NCBI GenBank assembly: GCA_036507075.1
Contig: DASXQR010000231.1
Coordinates: forward strand, 1-13,325
Length of the DNA: 13,325 bases
Reading direction: 5' to 3'
Source: Acidobacteriota bacterium
Lineage (GTDB): Bacteria; Acidobacteriota; UBA6911; JACQSX01
The notes under the pieces are model-generated. The model was given only the letters and a program-made list of their open reading frames with translations, searched no databases and was not told the DNA's origin. Shown here one piece after another: positions 1 to 8,012 of the stretch. How positions within the stretch are numbered: the first letter of the stretch is position 1; every line of letters begins with the position of its first letter. The position numbers were made by a program, and so were the translations under genes.

Positions 1-164
1 AGGGATGGAGGGATGGAGAGATAGAGGGATAGAGAGATGGAGGGGAGATGGAGGGACGCGAATGCTTTTCTCTTCACCTCTCTTTCCCTCCGTCTCTCAA
101 TCCCTCCGTCCCTCTGTCTCTCAATCCCTCCATCCCTCCATCCCTCCATTCCTCCGTCCCTCAT
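1..164. repeat. Inverted pair of 8-mer tandem arrays (AGRGATRG x~7, truncated at window edge; TCCCTCCR-type x~10), no gene between
   Basis: 1-58: agggatgg agggatgg agagatag agggatag agagatgg ... agggacg. 85-164: tccctccg tctctcaa tccctccg tccctctg tctctcaa tccctcca x3 ttcctccg tccctcat, the reverse complement of the left unit. Spacer about 26 nt. Confidence 0.95.
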
Positions 165-189
165 CCCGGTTTCGGAGGCTCGGGTGGCC

Positions 190-226
190 ATGTCAGGTCG
201 CCTCGACCGTTTACAATTGAACCATG
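190..226 (+). promoter_or_regulatory. Candidate sigma70 promoter for a leaderless larA transcript
   Basis: TACAAT at 212-217, 6 nt before ATG 224. Weak -35 ATGTCA at 190-195. No Shine-Dalgarno upstream. Confidence 0.45.
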
Positions 227-1498
227 CTGATAGAACTTGCGTACGGCCGAAGCGGACTGTCCGTCGACTTGCCCGGCGAGGCCACGGTCATTGAGCCTGC
301 CTACATCCCGGGGCTGCACGATGAATGCCTTGCTCTTCAGCAGGCGCTTCGAAATCCGGTGGCGGGAAGACCACTGCGAGAATTGGTCGCATCAAGGCAG
401 CGCATTGCCATCGCCGTGTGCGACATTACCCGGCCCATGCCGAGCGCGCGCGTGCTGCCGCTCCTGCTGAACGAAATTTCCCATGTGCCATCCGATCGCA
501 TTGCCATTCTGGTGGCGACCGGGACACACCGGGGAAATACCCCGGCAGAGCTGGAAGCAATGCTCGGGAGAGAGGTAACCGGCCGCTATTCAGTGATTAA
601 CCACGATGGCCGGGATGAGGCGAATCTTGCATTCGTGGGAAGAACGGAGCGAGGAATTCCGATCTGGCTGAATCGTCGCTGGATGGAAGCGGATTTCAGG
701 ATTACAACGGGCTTCATTGAGCCGCATTTTTTCGCCGGCTTCAGCGGAGGCCCGAAGATGGTGGCTCCGGGTCTGGCCGGGCTGGAGACGGTGATGCACC
801 TGCATGGCGCCGATCTGATCGCACATCCTGATTCGACATGGGGGATTACCCAGGGAAATCCCATCCACGATTCCATCCGCGAAATCGCGCGCAGGACCGC
901 CGTCCATTTCAGCGTGGATATCACCATCAATCGGGATCATAGAATCACAGGTGTTTACGCAGGAGAGTTATTCCAGGCGCACGCTGCGGGCTGTCTCTTT
1001 GCCAAAGAAACGGCAATGCGGCCGGTGCCGGATCCTTTCCACGTGGTGGTGACGACAAACAGCGGATATCCGCTCGATCTTAATCTTTACCAGGCGGTAA
1101 AGGGGATGTCGGCAGCAGCACGCGTGGTAGCGCAAGGAGGAACGATCATCTGCGCAGCGGAATGCTCCAATGGAATTCCCGATCACGGCGAGTATGGGAA
1201 GATCCTCCGATCAGGACGGAGCCCGGCCGATCTGCTGGCGCAGATTCAAATGCCGGGCTACCGGAGGCAGGACCAGTGGCAGGTCCAGGTTCAGGCAATG
1301 ATTCAACAAAAAGCTCGCGTCCTGTTCAAGAATTCCTTTCTCAGCACCGAGCAGGTCCGGAGCGCCCACCTCGAGCCGATTGATGATGTACCGAAAGCGG
1401 TGCAGGATTCCTTAAGGGAACACGGCGCGGGATCCCGGCTGTGCGTCCTGCCGCAGGGACCGATGACAATTCCATATTTGCGCAGGTTGAGTGCATGA
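224..1498 (+). CDS. larA: Nickel-pincer-dependent lactate racemase family protein (LarA/LarAH, DUF2088), 424 aa
   Basis: LarA family motifs: DITRP, ATGTHR, EPHFFAGFSGGPKMVAPG, YPLDLNLYQAVKG, AAECSNG. Typical length. Exact substrate cannot be assigned from the sequence. Confidence 0.92.
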   Translation: MLIELAYGRSGLSVDLPGEATVIEPAYIPGLHDECLALQQALRNPVAGRPLRELVASRQRIAIAVCDITRPMPSARVLPLLLNEISHVPSDRIAILVATGTHRGNTPAELEAMLGREVTGRYSVINHDGRDEANLAFVGRTERGIPIWLNRRWMEADFRITTGFIEPHFFAGFSGGPKMVAPGLAGLETVMHLHGADLIAHPDSTWGITQGNPIHDSIREIARRTAVHFSVDITINRDHRITGVYAGELFQAHAAGCLFAKETAMRPVPDPFHVVVTTNSGYPLDLNLYQAVKGMSAAARVVAQGGTIICAAECSNGIPDHGEYGKILRSGRSPADLLAQIQMPGYRRQDQWQVQVQAMIQQKARVLFKNSFLSTEQVRSAHLEPIDDVPKAVQDSLREHGAGSRLCVLPQGPMTIPYLRRLSA

Positions 1499-1500
1499 AG

Positions 1501-1658
1501 TTTCTACCACAAAGACACAAAAGACACGAAGTTGGACGTGGGGCAGGCAGAGACCGGCCAGCTTTGACGACCCGCTGGCGCCTCTCGCCGTGTGGAGCTG
1601 GCCGGTCTCTGCCTGCCCCACGTCTTGCTTTGTGTTCCTTGTGTCTTTGTGGTAGAAA
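1501..1658. repeat. 158-bp palindromic element (63-bp inverted arms, 32-nt loop) with 9-mer CACRAAGRV-type termini; MITE/REPIN-like
   Basis: 1501-1520 pairs perfectly with 1639-1658 (20 bp). 1535-1563 pairs perfectly with 1596-1624 (29 bp). The 14 nt between are partly matched. Starts 2 nt after the larA stop. Confidence 0.93.
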
Positions 1659-1676
1659 ATCAGCTTTTCCCTTACC

Positions 1677-2234
1677 ATGTGGATTTTAATCGTTCTAGCC
1701 GTGCTGGTTCTGCTGGTGATCGTTGCATACAACGGTCTGGTCCGGCTGCGCGTCCAGGCAGATAACGCCTGGGCGGATATCGATGTTCAATTAAAACGCC
1801 GCCACGATCTGGTTCCAAACCTTGTCGAGACGGTGAAGGGCTATGCCGGTCACGAACGTCAGACGCTCGAGGGCGTGATTAACGCTCGAAATCGCGCCAT
1901 GTCGGCGCAGGGTCCGGAAGCACGCGCCGAAGCCGAAAATGCTTTGACCCAAAGCTTGAAATCGCTGTTTGCCCTGGCTGAGGCTTATCCGCAATTGCGC
2001 GCCGTGGAGAGTTTTAATCAACTCCAGGCCTCGTTAAGTCAGATCGAGGATGCGATCCAGAATGCCCGCCGCTACTACAATGCGGTGGTACGGGACTTCA
2101 ATACCCGGATAGCACAGTTTCCCGCCAATATTCTTGCCGGCCTGTTCGGATTTCAGCGGCGCGAGTTCTTCGAGCTGGCTGCGCCCGCCGAGCGGGAAGT
2201 TCCAAAGGTCAGTTTTGAGACCGGCAGCCGCTGA
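1677..2234 (+). CDS. lemA: LemA family protein, 185 aa
   Basis: N-terminal TM helix followed by YNGLV, NAWADIDVQLKRRHDLVPNLVETVKGY, AEAYPQLRA, ARRYYN, FPANILA, all LemA hallmarks. Confidence 0.96.
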   Translation: MWILIVLAVLVLLVIVAYNGLVRLRVQADNAWADIDVQLKRRHDLVPNLVETVKGYAGHERQTLEGVINARNRAMSAQGPEARAEAENALTQSLKSLFALAEAYPQLRAVESFNQLQASLSQIEDAIQNARRYYNAVVRDFNTRIAQFPANILAGLFGFQRREFFELAAPAEREVPKVSFETGSR

Positions 2235-2246
2235 CTCTCTTTCGCG

Positions 2247-3983
2247 ATGACACGGCGTCTGATTCTGTTCCTGCTCCTGACGGCGACATGCCTGCAATCC
2301 CGCCTGCTGGCCCGCTCCCTTGTGATCGAGAGCTTCGAATGCGAGATACGCGTCAACACGGATGCCACCCTGGATGTGCTGGAAACGATCCGTCCAAAAT
2401 TTAGCGGGGCCTGGAATGGGATTTATCGAACGATCCCGCTGGAGTACCGCACGCCGCAGGGCTTCAATTACACGCTGCTTCTGGACTTAGAAGGCATCAC
2501 CGACGAAAACAACCGGCAATTGAAATATGAAAGCAGTCGCAGCGGGGCGTACCGCAAATTTAAGATCTGGGTACCGGGAGCAGTCGACACCACCCGCACC
2601 GTGCGCATCCATTATCGAGTGCTGAATGGACTGAGATTCTTTGATCAGCCGGACGAAACCTTTTCCGAGAAGCACGATGAGCTTTACTGGAATATTACCG
2701 GAAATGAATGGGAGATCCCGATAGAGAGCGCTTCAGCGCGCATTTACCTTCCGCCGGGGACCTCCGGGCTGCGGGCGCTCGCGTTTATCGGAGTCTCGGG
2801 CTCGCGCGAACAGGTCTCCGATATTGAGTTGGGACAGGATTACGTCCAAGTGCGATGCCCAAGAAAGCTCGAACCGGGCGAAGGGCTCACAGCGGCGATT
2901 GGCTGGAAATCAGGCATCGTGCACCGTCCCGGGGCTGTTGCGCAGGCAGGACTTTTCCTCCGGAGCAATATCATCTTCATCATTCCTCTGCTGGTGTTTC
3001 CACTGATGTGGCGGCACTGGTACCGCCGCGGGCGGGATCCGCGACTCCGTCCCATCGCGGCCACCTATGAACCACCCGGCAATCTGACGCCCGCCGAGCT
3101 CGGAACGCTGGTCGACAATCGTCCTGATATACGCGACATTACCGCCAGCATCGTGGATCTCGCGGTGCGCGGCTATATCCTGATCGAAGAAAGCAAACAG
3201 GAGCAGTTTTTCGGGCTCTTTTCAAAATCGGAATACACCTTCCATCGGAGGAAGCCCGCTTCGGATTGGTCGCAGCTCTTGCCTCACGAGCAGAAACTGC
3301 TGGAGGGACTGTTCCAGGGACGTGAAACCGTCATGCTCTCGGAATTGCAGAACAAGTTTTACAAGGAGCTTTCCGGCATTAAAGACAGGATTTACGATCA
3401 GTTGGTCGCACGGCGTTTCTATCTGCGAAGGCCTGATCGGGTGAAGGTCATATACGTGGCGGCTGGAATCGCGATCGGTTTTCTGGTGGGATTTGTCGGA
3501 GCCGCCATCAACAGTGCCCTGGGCGCGGGAGCGAGCAGCGCCGTGGTCGCAGGGCTGCTCACTGGCGGGATCATAGTGGCTTTTGCCTTCTTCATGCCGG
3601 CCCGCACGGCTGAAGGCGCCCGCGCACTGGAAGGTGTGCTGGGATTCGAGGAATTCCTGACGCGCGTGGAGTCGGATCGCTTCGAGCGCGTGATCAAGAC
3701 GCCGCAGATGTTCGAAAAATACCTTCCATTCGCCATGGCGCTGGGCGTGGAGAAGAACTGGGCGGGCGCCTTCCGTGATATTTACCGCCAGCCTCCGGAG
3801 TGGTATCGCGGCGCCGGCTACCACACCTTCCAGCCGAGTATCTTTGCAAGCGACCTGAGCCGCATGTCGACACAGGCGGCCTCTGCCATGAGTTCCGCCC
3901 CGCGAAGTTCGGGCAGCTCGGGTTTCGGCGGCGGAGGGAGCAGCGGCGGCGGTTTCGGCGGCGGCGGCGGCGGCGGTTTTTAG
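2247..3983 (+). CDS. DUF2207 family membrane protein, 578 aa
   Basis: Signal peptide, GIYRTIP and DELYWNITGNEW extracellular domain, LTPAELGTLVD, ASIVDLAVRGYI, several TM segments, FEKYLPFAMALGVEKNW, and a GGGSSGGGFGGGGGGGF tail. Lies 12 nt after lemA, a common pairing. Confidence 0.92.
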   Translation: MTRRLILFLLLTATCLQSRLLARSLVIESFECEIRVNTDATLDVLETIRPKFSGAWNGIYRTIPLEYRTPQGFNYTLLLDLEGITDENNRQLKYESSRSGAYRKFKIWVPGAVDTTRTVRIHYRVLNGLRFFDQPDETFSEKHDELYWNITGNEWEIPIESASARIYLPPGTSGLRALAFIGVSGSREQVSDIELGQDYVQVRCPRKLEPGEGLTAAIGWKSGIVHRPGAVAQAGLFLRSNIIFIIPLLVFPLMWRHWYRRGRDPRLRPIAATYEPPGNLTPAELGTLVDNRPDIRDITASIVDLAVRGYILIEESKQEQFFGLFSKSEYTFHRRKPASDWSQLLPHEQKLLEGLFQGRETVMLSELQNKFYKELSGIKDRIYDQLVARRFYLRRPDRVKVIYVAAGIAIGFLVGFVGAAINSALGAGASSAVVAGLLTGGIIVAFAFFMPARTAEGARALEGVLGFEEFLTRVESDRFERVIKTPQMFEKYLPFAMALGVEKNWAGAFRDIYRQPPEWYRGAGYHTFQPSIFASDLSRMSTQAASAMSSAPRSSGSSGFGGGGSSGGGFGGGGGGGF

Positions 3984-4036
3984 AGAGTGGGAGAGCGGGG
4001 GAGTGGGAGAGTGGGGGGACTGGGAGAGTGGGGAGT
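3982..4036 (+). repeat. Left arm: 8-mer array GGRGAGYG x~7
   Basis: agagagtg ggagagcg ggggagtg ggagagtg gggggactg ggagagtg gggagt. First unit overlaps the DUF2207 TAG, and the array ends 1 nt from the four-helix-bundle stop codon. Confidence 0.93.
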
Positions 4037-4037
4037 T

Positions 4038-4446
4038 TCAGGACCTACTGAGGGCCCAATCTTGGGGACGAATTGCCATTCTTACCAGTTTGCCCAGAAT
4101 TAGGTCATAGGTGCTGTATAGGTCGCGGCCTACGAAGAGATCAACATAGCCGCATTTGACTGCAAACTCTATCCAAACCTGAGTTTCTGCAGCCTCTCCT
4201 TCAGCGTCGGAAATCTTGCTGACGAAGGCCTTGGCGTAGCGCCGTTTCCTCCAACCCTCAGAAGTTATTGGAACACACGGACCGCGATGCTTTCCGAATC
4301 TGTGCTGTCAATGAAAACCGTTCCTCAGTGGGAAATGACTTCGACAACTCGAAAATTCTCATCGCGCATTCGAAAGCCTTCTTGTACACCTCAAGATCCC
4401 GATGACTCTTGATGTTTTGTCTCTTACGCTTCTCCATACCAAACAT
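4038..4446 (-). pseudogene. Four helix bundle protein (TIGR02436 / 23S rRNA IVS protein / Avd-like family), split by a 1-nt frameshift near 4260-4266
   Basis: First frame: (MFG)MEKRKRQNIKSHRDLEVYKKAFECAMRIFELSKSFPTEERFSLTAQIRKASRSVCSN. The +1 frame, translated by hand, continues (TS)EGWRKRRYAKAFVSKISDAEGEAAETQVWIEFAVKCGYVDLFVGRDLYSTYDLILGKLVRMAIRPQDWALSRS* with TGA at 4040-4038. This matches family motifs DLxVY, FPxEExFxLxxQxRxxSxS, NxxEG, ExxETxxW. Start is 4446 or 4437. Confidence 0.9.
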
Positions 4447-4507
4447 AACTGTGCTATTTCAAAATCCACGAACATTTTTTTCATTTTTACACTTTATCCC
4501 CGCAAAA

Positions 4508-4618
4508 TCTCCCACTCCCCCACTCCCCCGCTCTCCAACTTCCCCGCTCTCCCGCTCTCCCACTCCCCCACTCCCCCACTCCCCCGCTCCCCCGCTCCCC
4601 CGCTCCCCCGCTCTCCCC
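4508..4618 (+). repeat. Right arm: 8-mer array CTCYCCCR x~14, reverse complement of 3982-4036
   Basis: ctccccca ctcccccg ctctccaa cttccccg ctctcccg ctctccca ctccccca x2 ctcccccg x4 ctctcccc. Confidence 0.95.
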
Positions 4619-4665
4619 AGTTGCCCCGGCTTGCGTTATGATCAGAACAATACAAGGAGAGCGGA

Positions 4666-6099
4666 ATGCAGATTCGCAGAACTGAATTTCTAACGCGCGC
4701 ATCAATGGGACTCCTCCTTCTGACCCTGATTCTGGGTCAGGGCCATAGCGGGCCGCGCGCGCACCGCAACCAGACGGCACTGGACAGGTATGTTTTCAGG
4801 CCGGATCCGGAATATGGATACAAGGTGATTAACACCATAAAAGGCGAAGGTTACACCGTCTTCGTCCTTCAGATGACCTCACAACAGTGGCGCAGCGAGG
4901 CTGAAGTGGATCACCCGATATGGCAGCACTGGCTGACGATCATAAAACCGGACCAGGTCGAAACATCGACCGGTTTCCTTTTCATCAACGGAGGTTCGAT
5001 CACCAGCAAAGCGCCCGGGTCGGCAGATCCGGCCTTCATCGGGATGGCCATGAACACGCATTCGGTCACTGCGGATTTGCGGGGCGTTCCGAACGAGCCT
5101 CTGGTTTTTAAGGAAGAGGGAAAAGTTCGAAGCGAAGACGCAATCATCGCCTATTCATGGGTGAAGTTTTTGAAGACAGGTGATGAGAATTGGCCCCTTC
5201 GTCTCCCCATGACCAAGAGCGCGGTTCGCGCGCTTGACACGGTTACCGCGTTCTGCGGCTCTCCTGAGCAGGGCGGCGTGAAAGTGAATCGATTCGTAGT
5301 GGCAGGCGGATCCAAGCGCGGATGGACAACCTGGACGACTGCAGCAGTCGACGACCGTGTGGTCGCCATTGTGCCGTTTGTAATAGATGTTTTGAACAAC
5401 GAGAAATCAATGGATCATCATTACCGCGCGTACGGATTTTGGGCCCCGGCGATCGGAGATTACACGGAGATGCATTTAATCGACTGGGCCGGAACGCCCC
5501 GGTATAAAGCGCTGATGAAGATAGAGGATCCCTACTCGTACCGCGACCGGCTGACGATGCCCAAATTCATCGTGAATTCCACCGGCGATCAGTATTTTCT
5601 GCCGGATTCTTCGCAGTTCTACTACGAAGACTTGAAGGGCGAAAAGTACCTTCGTTATGTACCCAACACCAAACACAACCTGTCCAATTCTGACGCCCGG
5701 GAAAGCATGGTGGCTTTTTACGAATCGGTGATCAAGGGAACTTCGCGACCCAGATTCTCCTGGAAGTTCGAAAAGGACGGAGCGATCGTCGTTGAGATGA
5801 AGGACAAACCCTCGGAAGTAAAGCTGTGGCAGGCTACGAATCCGAAAGCTCGCGATTTCCGACTGGACACCATAGGCCCCGCCTACAAGAGTTCGGTTCT
5901 GGACCCGGCTAAAGAGGGTGTTTACGTTGGACGCGTGCCGGATCCAACACAGGGGTGGACAGCGTATTTTGTTGAGCTGACGTACCCCAGCGGTGGAAAG
6001 TATCCATTCAAATTTACCACCGAGGTCCGCGTGACCCCGGACACGCTTCCGTTTCCGTCACCCAAGAAGGATTTATCCGCGGCGGTGCCGGCACTCTGA
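4666..6099 (+). CDS. PhoPQ-activated pathogenicity-related (PqaA) family secreted alpha/beta hydrolase, 477 aa
   Basis: SD AAGGAG upstream and an N-terminal hydrophobic signal. MTSQQW, WQHWL, VPNEPL, EDAIIAYSW, LPMTKSAVRALD, nucleophile elbow GGSKRGWTTW, GDQYFLPD, YVPNTKH. Confidence 0.88.
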   Translation: MQIRRTEFLTRASMGLLLLTLILGQGHSGPRAHRNQTALDRYVFRPDPEYGYKVINTIKGEGYTVFVLQMTSQQWRSEAEVDHPIWQHWLTIIKPDQVETSTGFLFINGGSITSKAPGSADPAFIGMAMNTHSVTADLRGVPNEPLVFKEEGKVRSEDAIIAYSWVKFLKTGDENWPLRLPMTKSAVRALDTVTAFCGSPEQGGVKVNRFVVAGGSKRGWTTWTTAAVDDRVVAIVPFVIDVLNNEKSMDHHYRAYGFWAPAIGDYTEMHLIDWAGTPRYKALMKIEDPYSYRDRLTMPKFIVNSTGDQYFLPDSSQFYYEDLKGEKYLRYVPNTKHNLSNSDARESMVAFYESVIKGTSRPRFSWKFEKDGAIVVEMKDKPSEVKLWQATNPKARDFRLDTIGPAYKSSVLDPAKEGVYVGRVPDPTQGWTAYFVELTYPSGGKYPFKFTTEVRVTPDTLPFPSPKKDLSAAVPAL

Positions 6100-6152
6100 T
6101 CGTGAAGCAGCCTAAGGTCTGAAAAAAAGTCAGATCACGAGGCGGTTTTTAC

Positions 6153-7811
6153 ATGAGAGATTCTATGAAACGCAGAACAATACTGCTCATTCTTGGATGC
6201 TTGCTTGCCGGTTGGCTTCTGGCTGATGAAACAGTCGATCTTGCAACGGTCTGGAAAATCAAGGATGAGGGCCTGAATCGGTCTCAGGTTATGGATACGC
6301 TCAGCTTTCTAACCGATGTTTACGGTCCAAGACTGACGGGATCTCCCAACATCAAGAACGCCCAGGAGTGGACGCAGAAAAAACTGAAAGAATGGGGTTT
6401 GGTCAATGTTCACCTGGAAGGCTACCCGTTCGGCAAAGGATGGGTCCTGGAGCATCTCTCCGCCGAAATGCTGGAGCCGGCCTATTCTCCGCTGATTGCA
6501 TGGCCCAAATCATGGACGCTGGGAACTCAGGGCCCGGTCACCGGCGGCGCGGTTCTCGTCAATATCCAGAATGAGAATGATTTTGAGAAATATCGCGGCA
6601 AGCTGAAAGGAATGTTCGTGCTCACCCAGGCGGAACGGGAAGTCACGGCGATCACCTCGGCTCCCGCTAAACGATACAGCGATGAAGATTTGAAGGAGAT
6701 CAGTACCGCGCCCCAACCAGGTGCGCGTCGAAGCTTTCCCGCCGGCACTCAGCCCAACATCGAGCTGCAGCGAAAGATTAATAATTTTTATCAGAGCGAA
6801 GGCGTGGCGGCGCTGCTGGAGCCGGGAAGAGGAGACGGTGGAACTCTGTTTGTGACCACCGCACGGCAGCGAAACACGGGAGAACCCTCTCCGGTAGCCA
6901 ATCTTGTGATGGCCGTGGAGCACTACAACCGGATTGTCCGGATCCTGCAAAAGAAGATTCCGGTTCAGTTGCGCTTGGATGTGCAGACGCGGCTTCTGGA
7001 TGCCGACCTGAACGCCTACAACGTAATCGGAGAGATTCCGGGCAGTGATAAGAAAAATGAGTTGGTTATGGTCGGAGCTCATTTTGATTCGCACCACGCC
7101 GGCACAGGAGCGACGGATAATGCGGCAGGATCGGCGGTCGCCATGGAGGTAGTACGCATTCTCAAAGCAATTGAGGCCCGTCCGCGGCGCACTATCCGGA
7201 TTGCATTGTGGAGCGGAGAAGAACAGGGACTGCGGGGCTCAGCAGCTTACGTAGCGGAACATTTTGCATCCCGACCCAGGAACGATGCCGCCTCCCGGTC
7301 CGACGCCCCAAGCCCTGAATCAACCGATTCGCCGCAAACGCCGGCGCCCGCTGCGGGCGGAGGCAGATTCGGCCAGCCATCAGGGCCGCTTCAACTCAAA
7401 CCGGAATACGCTAATTTTTCCGCCTACTTCAATCTGGATAACGGCACTGGAAAAATCCGAGGGATCTATCTTCAGGGGAACGAAGAAGCCCGGCCGATAT
7501 TTACCGCCTGGATGGAGCCGTTTCGCGATATGGGAATGACGGTATTGTCGATACGAAATACCTCCGGAACGGATCACCTTTCGTTCGACGGCGTCGGTCT
7601 TCCCGGGTTTCAGTTTGTCCAGGACCCGGTTGAGTATGATACGCGCACGCATCACTCGAACATGGATGTGTATGATCGCATCCAGAAAGGGGACGTGATG
7701 CAGGCCTCCGTGATCATGGCTTCCTTTGTTTGGAACGCAGCCACGCGGGATCAGAAATTCCCGCGCAAGCCGCTGCCTCGCGATCAGGTTATCCTGCAGC
7801 CAAAGCCTTAG
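6153..7811 (+). CDS. Secreted M28 family metallopeptidase (carboxypeptidase Q-like), 552 aa; alternative start 6165
   Basis: Signal peptide, LTDVYGPRLTGS, Zn-ligand motifs GAHFDS, GATDNAAG, WSGEEQGLRGS, FNLD, GTDHLSF, THHSNMD. Confidence 0.92.
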   Translation: MRDSMKRRTILLILGCLLAGWLLADETVDLATVWKIKDEGLNRSQVMDTLSFLTDVYGPRLTGSPNIKNAQEWTQKKLKEWGLVNVHLEGYPFGKGWVLEHLSAEMLEPAYSPLIAWPKSWTLGTQGPVTGGAVLVNIQNENDFEKYRGKLKGMFVLTQAEREVTAITSAPAKRYSDEDLKEISTAPQPGARRSFPAGTQPNIELQRKINNFYQSEGVAALLEPGRGDGGTLFVTTARQRNTGEPSPVANLVMAVEHYNRIVRILQKKIPVQLRLDVQTRLLDADLNAYNVIGEIPGSDKKNELVMVGAHFDSHHAGTGATDNAAGSAVAMEVVRILKAIEARPRRTIRIALWSGEEQGLRGSAAYVAEHFASRPRNDAASRSDAPSPESTDSPQTPAPAAGGGRFGQPSGPLQLKPEYANFSAYFNLDNGTGKIRGIYLQGNEEARPIFTAWMEPFRDMGMTVLSIRNTSGTDHLSFDGVGLPGFQFVQDPVEYDTRTHHSNMDVYDRIQKGDVMQASVIMASFVWNAATRDQKFPRKPLPRDQVILQPKP

Positions 7812-7818
7812 GGGACCG

Positions 7819-8012
7819 AAGGATGGAGGGATGGAGGGATGGAGGGACTTAGGAAGAGAGAGGCACGCAACAATTGGAGGAATTATTCCCGTCCTCGATC
7901 TCTCTCAATCCTTCAATCCTCCATAGTCCCAATCCCTCCGTCCCTCATTCCCTCCATCCCTCCATCCCTCCATCCCTCCATCCCTCCATCCCTCCATCCC
8001 TCAGTCCCTCAA
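7819..8012. repeat. Inverted pair of 8-mer arrays (AGGGATGG x~4; TCCCTCCA-type x~13) between convergent genes, no gene between
   Basis: 7819-7850: aaggatgg agggatgg agggatgg agggactt. 7901-8012 includes six perfect TCCCTCCA at 7949-7996. Same unit as the element at 1-164. Confidence 0.95.

Noticed and set aside
5..294. Short ORFs over repeat arrays (also 4402-4780, 7726-8168, 1412-1732)
   Set aside because: PSIPPSLH- and PTPPLPRS-type translations are artefacts of stop-free repeats or palindromes.
1495..1665. Target-site duplication or classical IS ends around the palindrome
   Set aside because: Flanks (..GAAG / ATCA..) show no direct repeat and there is no transposase, so it is not called an IS.
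3920..3980. GGC-rich repeats at the DUF2207 3' end
   Set aside because: They encode the Gly-rich tail typical of the family and are not part of the neighbouring 8-mer array.
4038..4446. Diversity-generating retroelement or 23S rRNA intervening sequence
   Set aside because: No reverse transcriptase, no TR/VR pair with adenine-specific differences, and no rRNA sequence in the window. Only the family relationship applies.
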